This document shows positions 7,140-15,625 of a DNA stretch of 26,213 bases, in pieces; position 1 is the first letter of the stretch; each line of letters begins with the position of its first letter. The notes beneath the pieces were generated by a model. It saw only the letters and a list, made by a program, of their open reading frames with translations. It was not told the DNA's origin and made no database searches. The stretch is from assembly GCA_043810775.1 (NCBI GenBank), contig JBDRNU010000023.1:1-26213 (forward strand), in the 5' to 3' direction. Position numbers and translations under genes: made by a program. The DNA comes from an archaeon (GTDB taxonomy: Archaea > Nanobdellota > Nanobdellia > Pacearchaeales > GW2011-AR1).

Positions 7140-9065
7140 ATGTATAGTAGAAAAAGAGGAACTCGCGCCCTGAGTTGTGATTATAATAAAAATATACTCA
7201 ACTCAAAACGCTCGCAAATAACAGTATTTGTAATTATAGCTATAGTAATAGTATGTGTTATTGGAGCTTATTTTGTATTAAAAGACAGATTATTTATAAA
7301 TGAAATTCCAGTTGTTTTCCAGCCAGTTGAAGAGTACTATCTTTCTTGCATTGATGATTTAGGCAGAACAGGAGCTGAAATATTGGGCGAGCAGGGAGGA
7401 TATATTTACTTGCCAGAATTTGAGGCAGGAAGTGAATATAGGCCTTTTTCATCCCAGCTTAATTTTTATGGTACAGGTGTTCCTTATTGGTATTATGTTT
7501 CTGGAAATAATATTATAAAAGAGCAGAAACCAACTAAGAGCTCTATGGAAAGTGATTTGGAGAAATATATTGAAGAAAATATTGGTGAGTGTGATTTTCG
7601 TGAGTTTACAGCTAGGGGATTTGATATTGAGGTTGGAGATAGTGTAAATACAGATGTTTCCATAAGTAATAATAAAATAAGTGTTAATCTAGCCAGAACT
7701 ATTTCAATGAGCTATGGAGAAGAGTCTGCAGTAATAAAGGAGCATAAAAAAGATATAAGCAGCAGTTTGGGAAGGTTTTACAGTCTTGCTACAAAAATTT
7801 ATGATAGTGAAAAACAAGAGGCTTTTCTTGAAAATTATGCTGTTGATGTTTTGAGATTATATGCTCCTGTTGATGGTGTAGAGCTAAGCTGCAGCCCAAA
7901 AGTCTGGCTTTATACTGAGATTGAAGAAGATTTGAAGGCAGCTCTGGAAAGTAATATAATGGCTATAAAATTAGAAGGAGATTATTATTCACTGTCAAAG
8001 AAACAGCATGATTATTTTGTCCATGATATTGGTGTAAATGTTGATAGCAATATAAATTTTCTTTATTCTAAGGATTGGCCTTTTAGGTTTGAGGTGTGGG
8101 AAAGCAATAATGGTGTGTTGATTGGAAAGCCTGTTGGGATGCAAGAAGGTTTAGGGATACTAGGATTTTGTTATGTGCCTTATCATTTTGTATATGATTT
8201 GAATTTTCCAGTTATGATACAGATTTACAATGGCGAGGAATTATTCCAGTTTCCTGTTGCTGTAATTATTGATAAGAATAAACAAAGGGAAGCCCTGCCT
8301 GTTGAAAGCACTTTGGGAGAAGCTGAACCAGAAATGTGCAAGTATAAAACTCAGGAAATTACAGTTTATACTTATGATGTTAATCTGGAGCCAGTTGAAG
8401 CTGAAGTAATTTATAATTGTCTTGGAGCAAGCTGTGATATTGGAAGCACCAGGATTGAAGGAAGTGATGCAATTCTTGTTGGTAGTTTTCCACAGTGCAT
8501 AAATGGATTTGTTTATGCTAATGCAGAGGGATATGCCAGCAACAGGGAAATTTTTTCAACTAATAAAGATGGAGTTGTAAATATTGTGTTAGACAAGCTA
8601 TATAATTTGGAGATTGAATTTACAATTGATGAGAAGATTAGTGAGGATAGAGCTATTATTTCTTTTGTTTCTGAAGATAATACTCAGACAGTTTCTTATC
8701 CTGACCAGGATAGTGTAAAACTTTCTGAGGGGATGTATAATATAAGTGTTTATGCTTATAGTGATTCGAAAGTTACTATTCCTGGATTAGATGAAGAGAT
8801 TTGCACTGAGGTGCCTAAGGAGGGATTGCTGGGAGTTTTTGGAGTTAGTGAAGAAAAGTGCTTTGATGTTAATACTGAGTCTCAGGAGATTTCAAATAGT
8901 ATCTCTGGAGGAGGAAATCAGGAGGAGTATTTAATTGAGTCACAGCTACAGACTGGCAAGATTAAGATTAATGTTGATAGTATTCCTGTTCCAGATAGTA
9001 TTGATGATTTGCAGGACGCTTATAATTTAGTGGAAGTTTTAGGAGTGGATATTGGGTTTGGTTAA
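7140..9065 (+). CDS. Large Cys-containing surface protein with class III (prepilin/archaellin-type) signal peptide
   Basis: KRS|QITVFVIIAIVIV N-terminus (basic-basic-small|Q plus hydrophobic helix), followed by an acidic, beta-rich ectodomain with many Cys. Confidence 0.75.
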   Translation: MYSRKRGTRALSCDYNKNILNSKRSQITVFVIIAIVIVCVIGAYFVLKDRLFINEIPVVFQPVEEYYLSCIDDLGRTGAEILGEQGGYIYLPEFEAGSEYRPFSSQLNFYGTGVPYWYYVSGNNIIKEQKPTKSSMESDLEKYIEENIGECDFREFTARGFDIEVGDSVNTDVSISNNKISVNLARTISMSYGEESAVIKEHKKDISSSLGRFYSLATKIYDSEKQEAFLENYAVDVLRLYAPVDGVELSCSPKVWLYTEIEEDLKAALESNIMAIKLEGDYYSLSKKQHDYFVHDIGVNVDSNINFLYSKDWPFRFEVWESNNGVLIGKPVGMQEGLGILGFCYVPYHFVYDLNFPVMIQIYNGEELFQFPVAVIIDKNKQREALPVESTLGEAEPEMCKYKTQEITVYTYDVNLEPVEAEVIYNCLGASCDIGSTRIEGSDAILVGSFPQCINGFVYANAEGYASNREIFSTNKDGVVNIVLDKLYNLEIEFTIDEKISEDRAIISFVSEDNTQTVSYPDQDSVKLSEGMYNISVYAYSDSKVTIPGLDEEICTEVPKEGLLGVFGVSEEKCFDVNTESQEISNSISGGGNQEEYLIESQLQTGKIKINVDSIPVPDSIDDLQDAYNLVEVLGVDIGFG

Positions 9066-9066
9066 A

Positions 9067-12000
9067 ATGTTGTTAGATAAGATAAATAGTTATAGAATTT
9101 TCCTAGTTATGGCTTTGATTTTAATTGCTCAGGTTGGAGCTGTTTGTGCTTTAACTTCTTATGCTTCCAGCTCTTCGAGTACTAGTTTTTCAACTGCTGG
9201 AACTCAGGCTCAGTTTACCTCGCCGAATAGGTATTCTGGATATTCACAACAGTATGCGAGCTTGTACTGGCCTGCTATTACTGACCCTGATAAGTGCGAG
9301 GCTACAAGTGATTTTATTATGAGTGTAAGGCCTTTTTCTTGTTCTCCTTCTGTAGTGAGAAGTGACTTGCTAGAGGAACAGAGTGTTCCTGTTTTTTGCA
9401 AGGTGGATGTTGTTAAGATTAATCCTTTGATTGATGTCAGCCAGATTAAGTCAGTTAAATTTAAAAATAATCCTGGAGATGACAGCAGTTATGTTAGTGG
9501 AGTGAGCTTTCATCCTAACAGGGAGGCAATTTACACAAGGCAGGGAGTGATAGATAATCCTTTTATTAATGATGTGGGTTATGTTGTTGTCTTATTGAAA
9601 AGAATTCAGAATGAAGAGGGCATGCCTGATTCAGTTAGATTGAATTTGACAGGAGTTATCCAGTTTGATGCTGAGGGATTTTTTGGAGCTGGAGAGCAGT
9701 ATTTTTATCTTGACCCTGAGTTTGACTGGATGACTGGAGATAGCTATAAGGAAAATTCTTTTTTTAAGGGCAAGGGATATTTAAGAGCTGACTGGATTGA
9801 TGGAACTTCAGCTGGAATTTCAATTTATAGCGACCAAGATACTAGATTATCCACTTTAACTTTGCAAAAAGGCGAAACTTCTAAAGTAGTTTACTTGCCA
9901 GGATTTTACTGCAAGGCAGGAGTTCAGGTTCAGCTAGAAGACTTGCAGGCTAATATTAAGAAGGCAAGGCTTGAAGTAGATGGAGATGATATTTGGGTGG
10001 GGGAGGGGGAGAGATTTTTAGATGGCTTATGCCAGGTTACTAGCATAGTGTATGATAAAAATAAGCAGAGAGAAAAAGGAAATGTAAAAGTTTATTGTGC
10101 TGGAAAAACTTATACTCTGGAATATGAAAATAAAATTGATAATGGAGTTGTAAGTGAGGATAATAAGTGTGAAAATATAAACCCTTCAGAAGAGGTTATG
10201 CAGAAATATGAGGCTGCTGAAAAATATGCTTATGAGGTTAGAGGATTATATGGAAGTGCAATTGATGAGCAGACAGGAGAGATTTGGGCTGCTAAAGCTT
10301 TGCTTGAATTAGGAAGATTAGCTGATGAGATAGGATTAAAGGCAGATGCTATGGATATTTATCAAGATGTTATTGATGAGTTTCCAGGAAGCAATGCTGC
10401 TGATGAGATTGAGAAAAATGACTTAATAGACAGTGTTTGCAGGCCAAGCACTAGCTATGATGAGCATTTTATTAAGCTGAAGAGAGTTTCTTTTCCAACT
10501 GATTCTAATGCTTCTTTTAGTGTTATAAAAGATGGAAGCACTACTATTCAAGGCAAGGATAAGCAAGTGACTGAAAATGTGATGTTTGCAGACAATAGAT
10601 TTAGAATTGAGAAGCTTTATGCTGACAGGGTTGATTTGTATTATTATAAGCAGGGAACCAGTGACAGTGAACAATTTACGCTGAGCTTTTCTGAAAAAAG
10701 CAGGACTTTTATTGATGGGGAATTTAAATATGAGATTACACTGGAAGATATTAATTACAAGCAAATTGCGAAGGTGAAGCTGATTTCTAAGATGCCTAAT
10801 GAGTATTCTGAATCTGATTTTACAGTTGAAATTGGAATTGAAAAGCGAGCTATTAAGCTTAGCCCTGAGAAGACTCAGGAAATGATTAATAATTTAAATG
10901 ACAGCATAGAAAGATGGGAAGAAATAACTGAAAATTTAGGAAATGTTGTCAAGGGAATGAAAGGAGTTTGTCTGGCTACTTCTACTGTCTTGTTTGTAAA
11001 GAATTTTATTGCTAATACTGGCGGAAGAGCTACTGCAAGGCAGAAGGTTATGCCTATTTATTATAAAAAGTGCGAGCAGAAAGTTGGCAGTGACAGGGGG
11101 GCAATGGATGCTTGTTTAGTAGGAGAAGAAGCCAATATTAAGAGAGATATTGATGCATATACAAGGATAATTGATGGAACTGGAGGGGTTGGTGGGGTGA
11201 ATAAGGCAGTTATTGATACTCAAAATAATAATAAAATTCCTGGAAGTGATGCTATTGACAGGGGAGCAACTGCTGACAGCTTGAGAACAAGTTTTTTTTC
11301 AAATAAACCTGTTAGTTTCTCTCTGGGAAGTCAGACAATTACAATTAAAGATACAGAACTTCAAAAAGCAAGCACTACACAATTAAGAGATTTAAAAGCT
11401 TATCAAGAGGTATTAAACAGCGATGCTAGCACAGATTTTAAGGAAAATGCTTATGCTGAAATTAGCAAAATTCATACCCAGCTAGAATTAAAAGAAGGAG
11501 TAATTAGAGCAGATGAAGATAGTCTTTTTGACCCAGAAGCAAAAAGTGAGAAGCAGTTTGATTGGCTTGACAGAGTCAGGGTAGAGTATTATCCAAGTGG
11601 AAAGCATAAGAATTTAGCTTATGTTGTGCCTATTCCAAAGTTCTATGATAGCAAGACTGGATTTTATGTTATTGTTGATGAGGGGGGATATGCTAGTGAA
11701 AAGGCTTATACTGATGCAGGAGACTTGAAAAGATATACTATTAAGAATCTTGGAAGTGATGGACAGCCTGATTTTGCCAATGATATGGGTTATACTTATG
11801 ACATTAACCAGAGACTAGATGCTGGGCAGAAAATACTTGGATTGAGCCATGAGGCTTCCAAGCAGTTAGTTACTGATGCTTCTCAGGCTATTTATCAGGC
11901 AAATAGAAATTATGGGAGGTCAAGATTTAGCTTGTTTGAGCAGGAAGTAAGAGTTAATCCTGCTGGAAAATCAACTGATTATGTAAGATGCCAGGACTTT

Positions 12001-14541
12001 ATGAGCCCTAGTGACTGTCATATTTTGTTTAATGTTTGCGACCCTGTATTATGCCCTAGCAGCAGATGTGATTTAGGGGGAGCTTATAGAGTTGATAATG
12101 TTATTCAGTCTGGAATAATTGGAAGCATTGCTTTATGCCTGCCTAATGTTAAGGATGGAATAATTATTCCGGTTTGTTTAAGTGGAATTCATGCAGGCTT
12201 GGAAAATTATGTTTCAATACTAAAAGCTCATAGAGACTGCTTGCAGGAAAGCCTGAATACTGGAAGACAGGTTGGGGTTTGCGATGAGATTTATAGTATT
12301 TATTTGTGCGAGTTTTTCTGGAGGCAGATAGGTCCGTTTATGGATGCGCTGATTCCCAAGCTAATAGAGTATTCGTTTGGGCAGGGATCTAGGGGTGGCG
12401 GGGAGTATTTAACTGTTGAAGATGCCTGGACTGATTTAGAAAAAGGAACTGACTGGATGAAGCAGGAGTATGGGGTAAATTCCTGGAATGCATTTAATGC
12501 AAGAAGCACAGATGATATTGGGAGTGAGATTTGCAAGAATTTTATTTCTACCAGATATCCTGCTAGCAAGGATTTTTTTGATAATTTATTAGAGCCAGAC
12601 AGCCCTGTTCAGTTTAGCGCCTGGTTTGATGAGATTCCATTTTCAGAAGCTACTGTTCCAGCTACTTCACAGTATAAGGTGTTTTATCATATTTATGCTG
12701 GAAAAGATGATGGAGCTTATTTTCAGGTTTATTTGAAGACTCCTCCTGATTATGCTTATGTTGGAGTTTCAGATACTATTGTAGTAAGAACTGGATATAC
12801 TCCTCGAGGTTCAAGCACTAGCGAAACTAAGGATTTTACAGCTCCAGCAGGATATCAGGAGCTGTGTGTTAGAATAAATGGAAAGGATGAGTGCGGTTTT
12901 GGCAAGGTATCGACAAGCTTTGCTGTGAATTATGTTTCTGATTTATATTATCAGGAGCAACTGGATAAAGAGGATATTGCGGGCAGTGATGAGTGTATTA
13001 GCGGAGAGAATTCTCTGCTAGGAGCTTTAAGGCCTAATATTCAGGAAGGAGTTGATACTGCTATTAATCCTGAACTTGAGAAAAAAGGAGTTGTTAGGAT
13101 TTGCTCTACTAAGAATCCTGGAATTGGCGTTGAAGAGACTAGGTGGAAGAAAGTTGGCTATTGCGATGATGAGGAAATGATTTGCTGGCTTGACAAGAGA
13201 AGTGTTGAAGATGTTATTAAGAACAAGAATATTGCTTCAAGCATTGTTGAAGATACTGGGGCTGTTAAAACTGTGATTGATGAGAGTGAAATCTGGACAA
13301 TGGAAAAGGTTGGAGAGGTTTTTGATAATTCTGAACTTTTGTTTTTTGATATTAAAAATGAAAGAAAGAAAGTTGGTGATGCTGAGACTATTACTGCAGT
13401 TAATAATATGATTGCAAGTTTAGATGATGTTCAAGCTCACTCATATAATTATGTTGCAGCTGAAGCTGTTTACTGGCAGTATAAGCTTTATGATGCTTAT
13501 ACTAGCAAGTTGTATGAAGCAAGAAAGCCAAGCAGCGGGGTGGTTGGGGGAGAGCCGACTATTAGCGGGACTACTGAGACTCCGGTTGTTAGTAGTGTGT
13601 CTATATTTGAATATAAAGATGGTAAAGTTAGTGGAAACTTGTTTTATAAGTTTGATAGTGAATGGTATTTTGCTACTAATAAAAACGGACCCTGGTATAA
13701 AATTGATGAATTAGATATAGCTACAAATGATTATGGGGATAGTGCTTCTTTTTTGACTAGATTAAAAGCAAATAAAAATAGTTATGTAAGGGGAGTTGAA
13801 GAGCTTGTTAGTAAGTTTATTGTTGATAGTAGTAGTTGTACTCTTTTTTGTCCAGCGGTTGAAGTTACTAAAAGCAGTAATGTGAAAAGTTGGGGGAAAA
13901 GTGATATTTCTAGTTCTGCTAGTATGGCTAAAGCTGAAATTACTAGAGAAATTTTAGATTTTACTGGGGGTGGTGATTTAGGTGGGTCTGTTAAAGAAGA
14001 TAATAAAAAAGTCATAGTAATTGATCCTGGGCATGGTGGAGATAGTCTAGGTGCTATTTCTTCTATTGATGGAACTAAGGAAAAAGATGTTAATCTTCAG
14101 ATTGCATCAGCTTTGAAGAATGAATTAATAACAGCAGGGTATAGGGTTATTATGACTAGAGAAAGGGATATTAGTGTTAATCTTCAAGATAGAGTAACTA
14201 TCGCTAAAGAAAATAATGCTAATTATTTCGTAAGTATTCATGCAAATTCTGCTGAGGATTGCACAAATGTAAAAGGTGTTGAAGTTTATTATAGTAATAA
14301 TAGAGATTTAGAACTGGCAAATTCTATTTTAATACAACTTTCTAATTTAGGTTTTGAAAATAGGGGGGTGAAAGAAGATAGTCAATCTCAATATAGAGAT
14401 TTGTACGTGCTTCAAAATACTGAAATGCCATCTGTTTTGGTTGAGGTAGGATTTCTTTGCAATCAAGCTGACCTAACTAAAATTAAAAGTACAGCAAGTG
14501 TTGCGGAAGCTATTAGTAATGGGGTATCCTCTGTTGTTTGA
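9067..14541 (+). CDS. Giant secreted Cys-rich multidomain protein with C-terminal N-acetylmuramoyl-L-alanine amidase (Amidase_3) domain
   Basis: Hydrophobic signal region; TPR-like segment (~10200-10410); coiled coil (~10860-10960); Cys-rich core (~11990-13190). C-terminus (~14005-14541) has IDPGHGG, EKDVNL, TR, L-x-x-R, FVSIHANS, GVEVYY, LYVL and PSVLVEVGF. ATG 9067, 1 nt after the upstream stop, is preferred over TTG 9052. Confidence 0.9.
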   Translation: MLLDKINSYRIFLVMALILIAQVGAVCALTSYASSSSSTSFSTAGTQAQFTSPNRYSGYSQQYASLYWPAITDPDKCEATSDFIMSVRPFSCSPSVVRSDLLEEQSVPVFCKVDVVKINPLIDVSQIKSVKFKNNPGDDSSYVSGVSFHPNREAIYTRQGVIDNPFINDVGYVVVLLKRIQNEEGMPDSVRLNLTGVIQFDAEGFFGAGEQYFYLDPEFDWMTGDSYKENSFFKGKGYLRADWIDGTSAGISIYSDQDTRLSTLTLQKGETSKVVYLPGFYCKAGVQVQLEDLQANIKKARLEVDGDDIWVGEGERFLDGLCQVTSIVYDKNKQREKGNVKVYCAGKTYTLEYENKIDNGVVSEDNKCENINPSEEVMQKYEAAEKYAYEVRGLYGSAIDEQTGEIWAAKALLELGRLADEIGLKADAMDIYQDVIDEFPGSNAADEIEKNDLIDSVCRPSTSYDEHFIKLKRVSFPTDSNASFSVIKDGSTTIQGKDKQVTENVMFADNRFRIEKLYADRVDLYYYKQGTSDSEQFTLSFSEKSRTFIDGEFKYEITLEDINYKQIAKVKLISKMPNEYSESDFTVEIGIEKRAIKLSPEKTQEMINNLNDSIERWEEITENLGNVVKGMKGVCLATSTVLFVKNFIANTGGRATARQKVMPIYYKKCEQKVGSDRGAMDACLVGEEANIKRDIDAYTRIIDGTGGVGGVNKAVIDTQNNNKIPGSDAIDRGATADSLRTSFFSNKPVSFSLGSQTITIKDTELQKASTTQLRDLKAYQEVLNSDASTDFKENAYAEISKIHTQLELKEGVIRADEDSLFDPEAKSEKQFDWLDRVRVEYYPSGKHKNLAYVVPIPKFYDSKTGFYVIVDEGGYASEKAYTDAGDLKRYTIKNLGSDGQPDFANDMGYTYDINQRLDAGQKILGLSHEASKQLVTDASQAIYQANRNYGRSRFSLFEQEVRVNPAGKSTDYVRCQDFMSPSDCHILFNVCDPVLCPSSRCDLGGAYRVDNVIQSGIIGSIALCLPNVKDGIIIPVCLSGIHAGLENYVSILKAHRDCLQESLNTGRQVGVCDEIYSIYLCEFFWRQIGPFMDALIPKLIEYSFGQGSRGGGEYLTVEDAWTDLEKGTDWMKQEYGVNSWNAFNARSTDDIGSEICKNFISTRYPASKDFFDNLLEPDSPVQFSAWFDEIPFSEATVPATSQYKVFYHIYAGKDDGAYFQVYLKTPPDYAYVGVSDTIVVRTGYTPRGSSTSETKDFTAPAGYQELCVRINGKDECGFGKVSTSFAVNYVSDLYYQEQLDKEDIAGSDECISGENSLLGALRPNIQEGVDTAINPELEKKGVVRICSTKNPGIGVEETRWKKVGYCDDEEMICWLDKRSVEDVIKNKNIASSIVEDTGAVKTVIDESEIWTMEKVGEVFDNSELLFFDIKNERKKVGDAETITAVNNMIASLDDVQAHSYNYVAAEAVYWQYKLYDAYTSKLYEARKPSSGVVGGEPTISGTTETPVVSSVSIFEYKDGKVSGNLFYKFDSEWYFATNKNGPWYKIDELDIATNDYGDSASFLTRLKANKNSYVRGVEELVSKFIVDSSSCTLFCPAVEVTKSSNVKSWGKSDISSSASMAKAEITREILDFTGGGDLGGSVKEDNKKVIVIDPGHGGDSLGAISSIDGTKEKDVNLQIASALKNELITAGYRVIMTRERDISVNLQDRVTIAKENNANYFVSIHANSAEDCTNVKGVEVYYSNNRDLELANSILIQLSNLGFENRGVKEDSQSQYRDLYVLQNTEMPSVLVEVGFLCNQADLTKIKSTASVAEAISNGVSSVV

Positions 14542-14585
14542 TTCTTAAATTTTATTTCTAGAAGAAGGTATATTAAAGATAACAT

Positions 14586-14725
14586 AATGCGGGCATTGAT
14601 AGAGCGCATTTTCTAATAAAAATGCGGGAGAAAGCCCACGACAATTCTACGAATTCTCGGGGACTTAAACTTTCGCAAGTTTAAGTGATTCGAACTCAAA
14701 ACCACATGCGGGTTTTGTATCCTTT
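14586..14725 (-). repeat. Degenerate duplicate of the tRNA-Leu 3' end interrupted by short palindromes
   Basis: 14622-14634 = 14748-14760 (13/13), 14687-14695 = 14761-14769 (9/9) and 14722-14725 = 14770-14773, separated by 52-nt and 26-nt hairpin-forming inserts. Confidence 0.75.
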
Positions 14726-14748
14726 ATCCTTCTGTTCTCATCTCTTTA

Positions 14749-14832
14749 TGCGGGAGAAAGGATTCGAACCTTTGCAGGCACTAAGCCACTAGGGCCTAAA
14801 CCTAGCCCGTTTGACCGCTCCGGCACTCCCGC
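14749..14832 (-). tRNA. tRNA-Leu(UAG)
   Basis: Minus strand has GCGGGAG/CTCCCGC acceptor, CTAGG-TT-TAG-GC-CCTAG anticodon arm, a long variable arm, AAAGG-TTCGAAT-CCTTT T-arm and discriminator A. Confidence 0.95.
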
Positions 14833-14918
14833 TTAAATTTATAAAATTTCAATAAGTTTTAAAACTATCTTTCTTACGAAATGCTTATTTGTAACTATTA
14901 TATAGTAATCACAATATC

Positions 14919-14932
14919 GAAAACTTTATAAA
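14919..14932 (+). promoter_or_regulatory. BRE + TATA promoter for ORF 14972
   Basis: CGAAAAC-TTTATAAA, about 40 nt upstream of the ATG. Confidence 0.55.
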
Positions 14933-14971
14933 GGCTTGTTTTTATGAAGCTTTAATAAAAGGAATGCTAAA

Positions 14972-15373
14972 ATGAATCAAGAAAATTCAAGACTAAGAGA
15001 TTATGAGGAAGTATCTAAAGAGCCTTTAACGAGGAATCAGGTAGAGAGAGCTTTAGCTTTATCTATGAATTATCCTGCAGCTAGATTTTCAGAGCAGGTA
15101 GTTAGTATTAGTGCTGAAAATAGTGGGATAGTATTTAGGGCTAAGTGCATTGGAGCAGTTTATGCTGATGCTATTGCTGACACTAATGGTAATGGTGGTT
15201 ATTTTCCTAATTTAGTAATTTCACCTTGTGGTCAGGTTGTTAAGATGAATGCTGGTGAATATGCAAGAAACGGTGAACAATTACAATTTAATATTATAAA
15301 CTTAGCTGATTTAGAAGTTTCTGATTTAGAACTTATGTTTGATCGTGCTAAGGAATTTAAATTAGATCAGTAA
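14972..15373 (+). CDS. Hypothetical protein
   Basis: 133-aa ORF with its own promoter; no motif recognised. Confidence 0.7.
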   Translation: MNQENSRLRDYEEVSKEPLTRNQVERALALSMNYPAARFSEQVVSISAENSGIVFRAKCIGAVYADAIADTNGNGGYFPNLVISPCGQVVKMNAGEYARNGEQLQFNIINLADLEVSDLELMFDRAKEFKLDQ

Positions 15374-15383
15374 AAATAATTTT

Positions 15384-15569
15384 TTATTTTTTCTGCTGTA
15401 TTTTTACCCCAAGTTCTTCCAATCGCTTAAGATGAGCCTGCATTAGCTGTTCTGTAATTTGAGCCATCTTTATCAATTCGTTTCTCTCATTGATTAGTGT
15501 AGATAAAGAACCTTTATGATAACCAATTTCTTCTTCCTTGGACATTGCTGATTCTTCTTTTTTAGCCAT
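15384..15569 (-). CDS. Small helical/coiled-coil hypothetical protein downstream of tfb
   Basis: EEIGYHKGSLSTL-x-x-ERNEL...H-x-x-x-L-x-ELGV amphipathic helices; preceded by the leader motif; co-oriented with tfb. Confidence 0.75.
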   Translation of the reverse strand: MAKKEESAMSKEEEIGYHKGSLSTLINERNELIKMAQITEQLMQAHLKRLEELGVKIQQKK

Positions 15570-15576
15570 TTTAAAA

Positions 15577-15616
15577 CAACCTAACGGTTTTTTTATATTT
15601 TCCCTTGAATATGCTT
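15577..15616 (-). promoter_or_regulatory. Putative structured leader RNA motif, copy 2
   Basis: Minus strand AUAUU-CAAGGGAA-AAUAU hairpin, A-run, AACC-GUUA-GGUU hairpin, then G plus 7 nt before AUG 15569. Confidence 0.65.
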
Positions 15617-15625
15617 CAAGAGTGA

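Noticed and set aside
14586-14747. Possible CRISPR array or second complete tRNA
   Set aside because: No regularly spaced identical repeats and no cas genes. Only the T-arm and acceptor 3' strand are duplicated, with no D-arm or anticodon arm.
7048-14748. tRNA-bounded integrative element/provirus
   Set aside because: No integrase or viral genes. The duplicated tRNA end lies only ~125 nt from the tRNA and does not bracket the two large genes.
14894-14906. ACTAT-TAT-ATAGT palindrome upstream of a TATA box as an operator
   Set aside because: Short and AT-rich, plausible by chance, and no second copy was seen.
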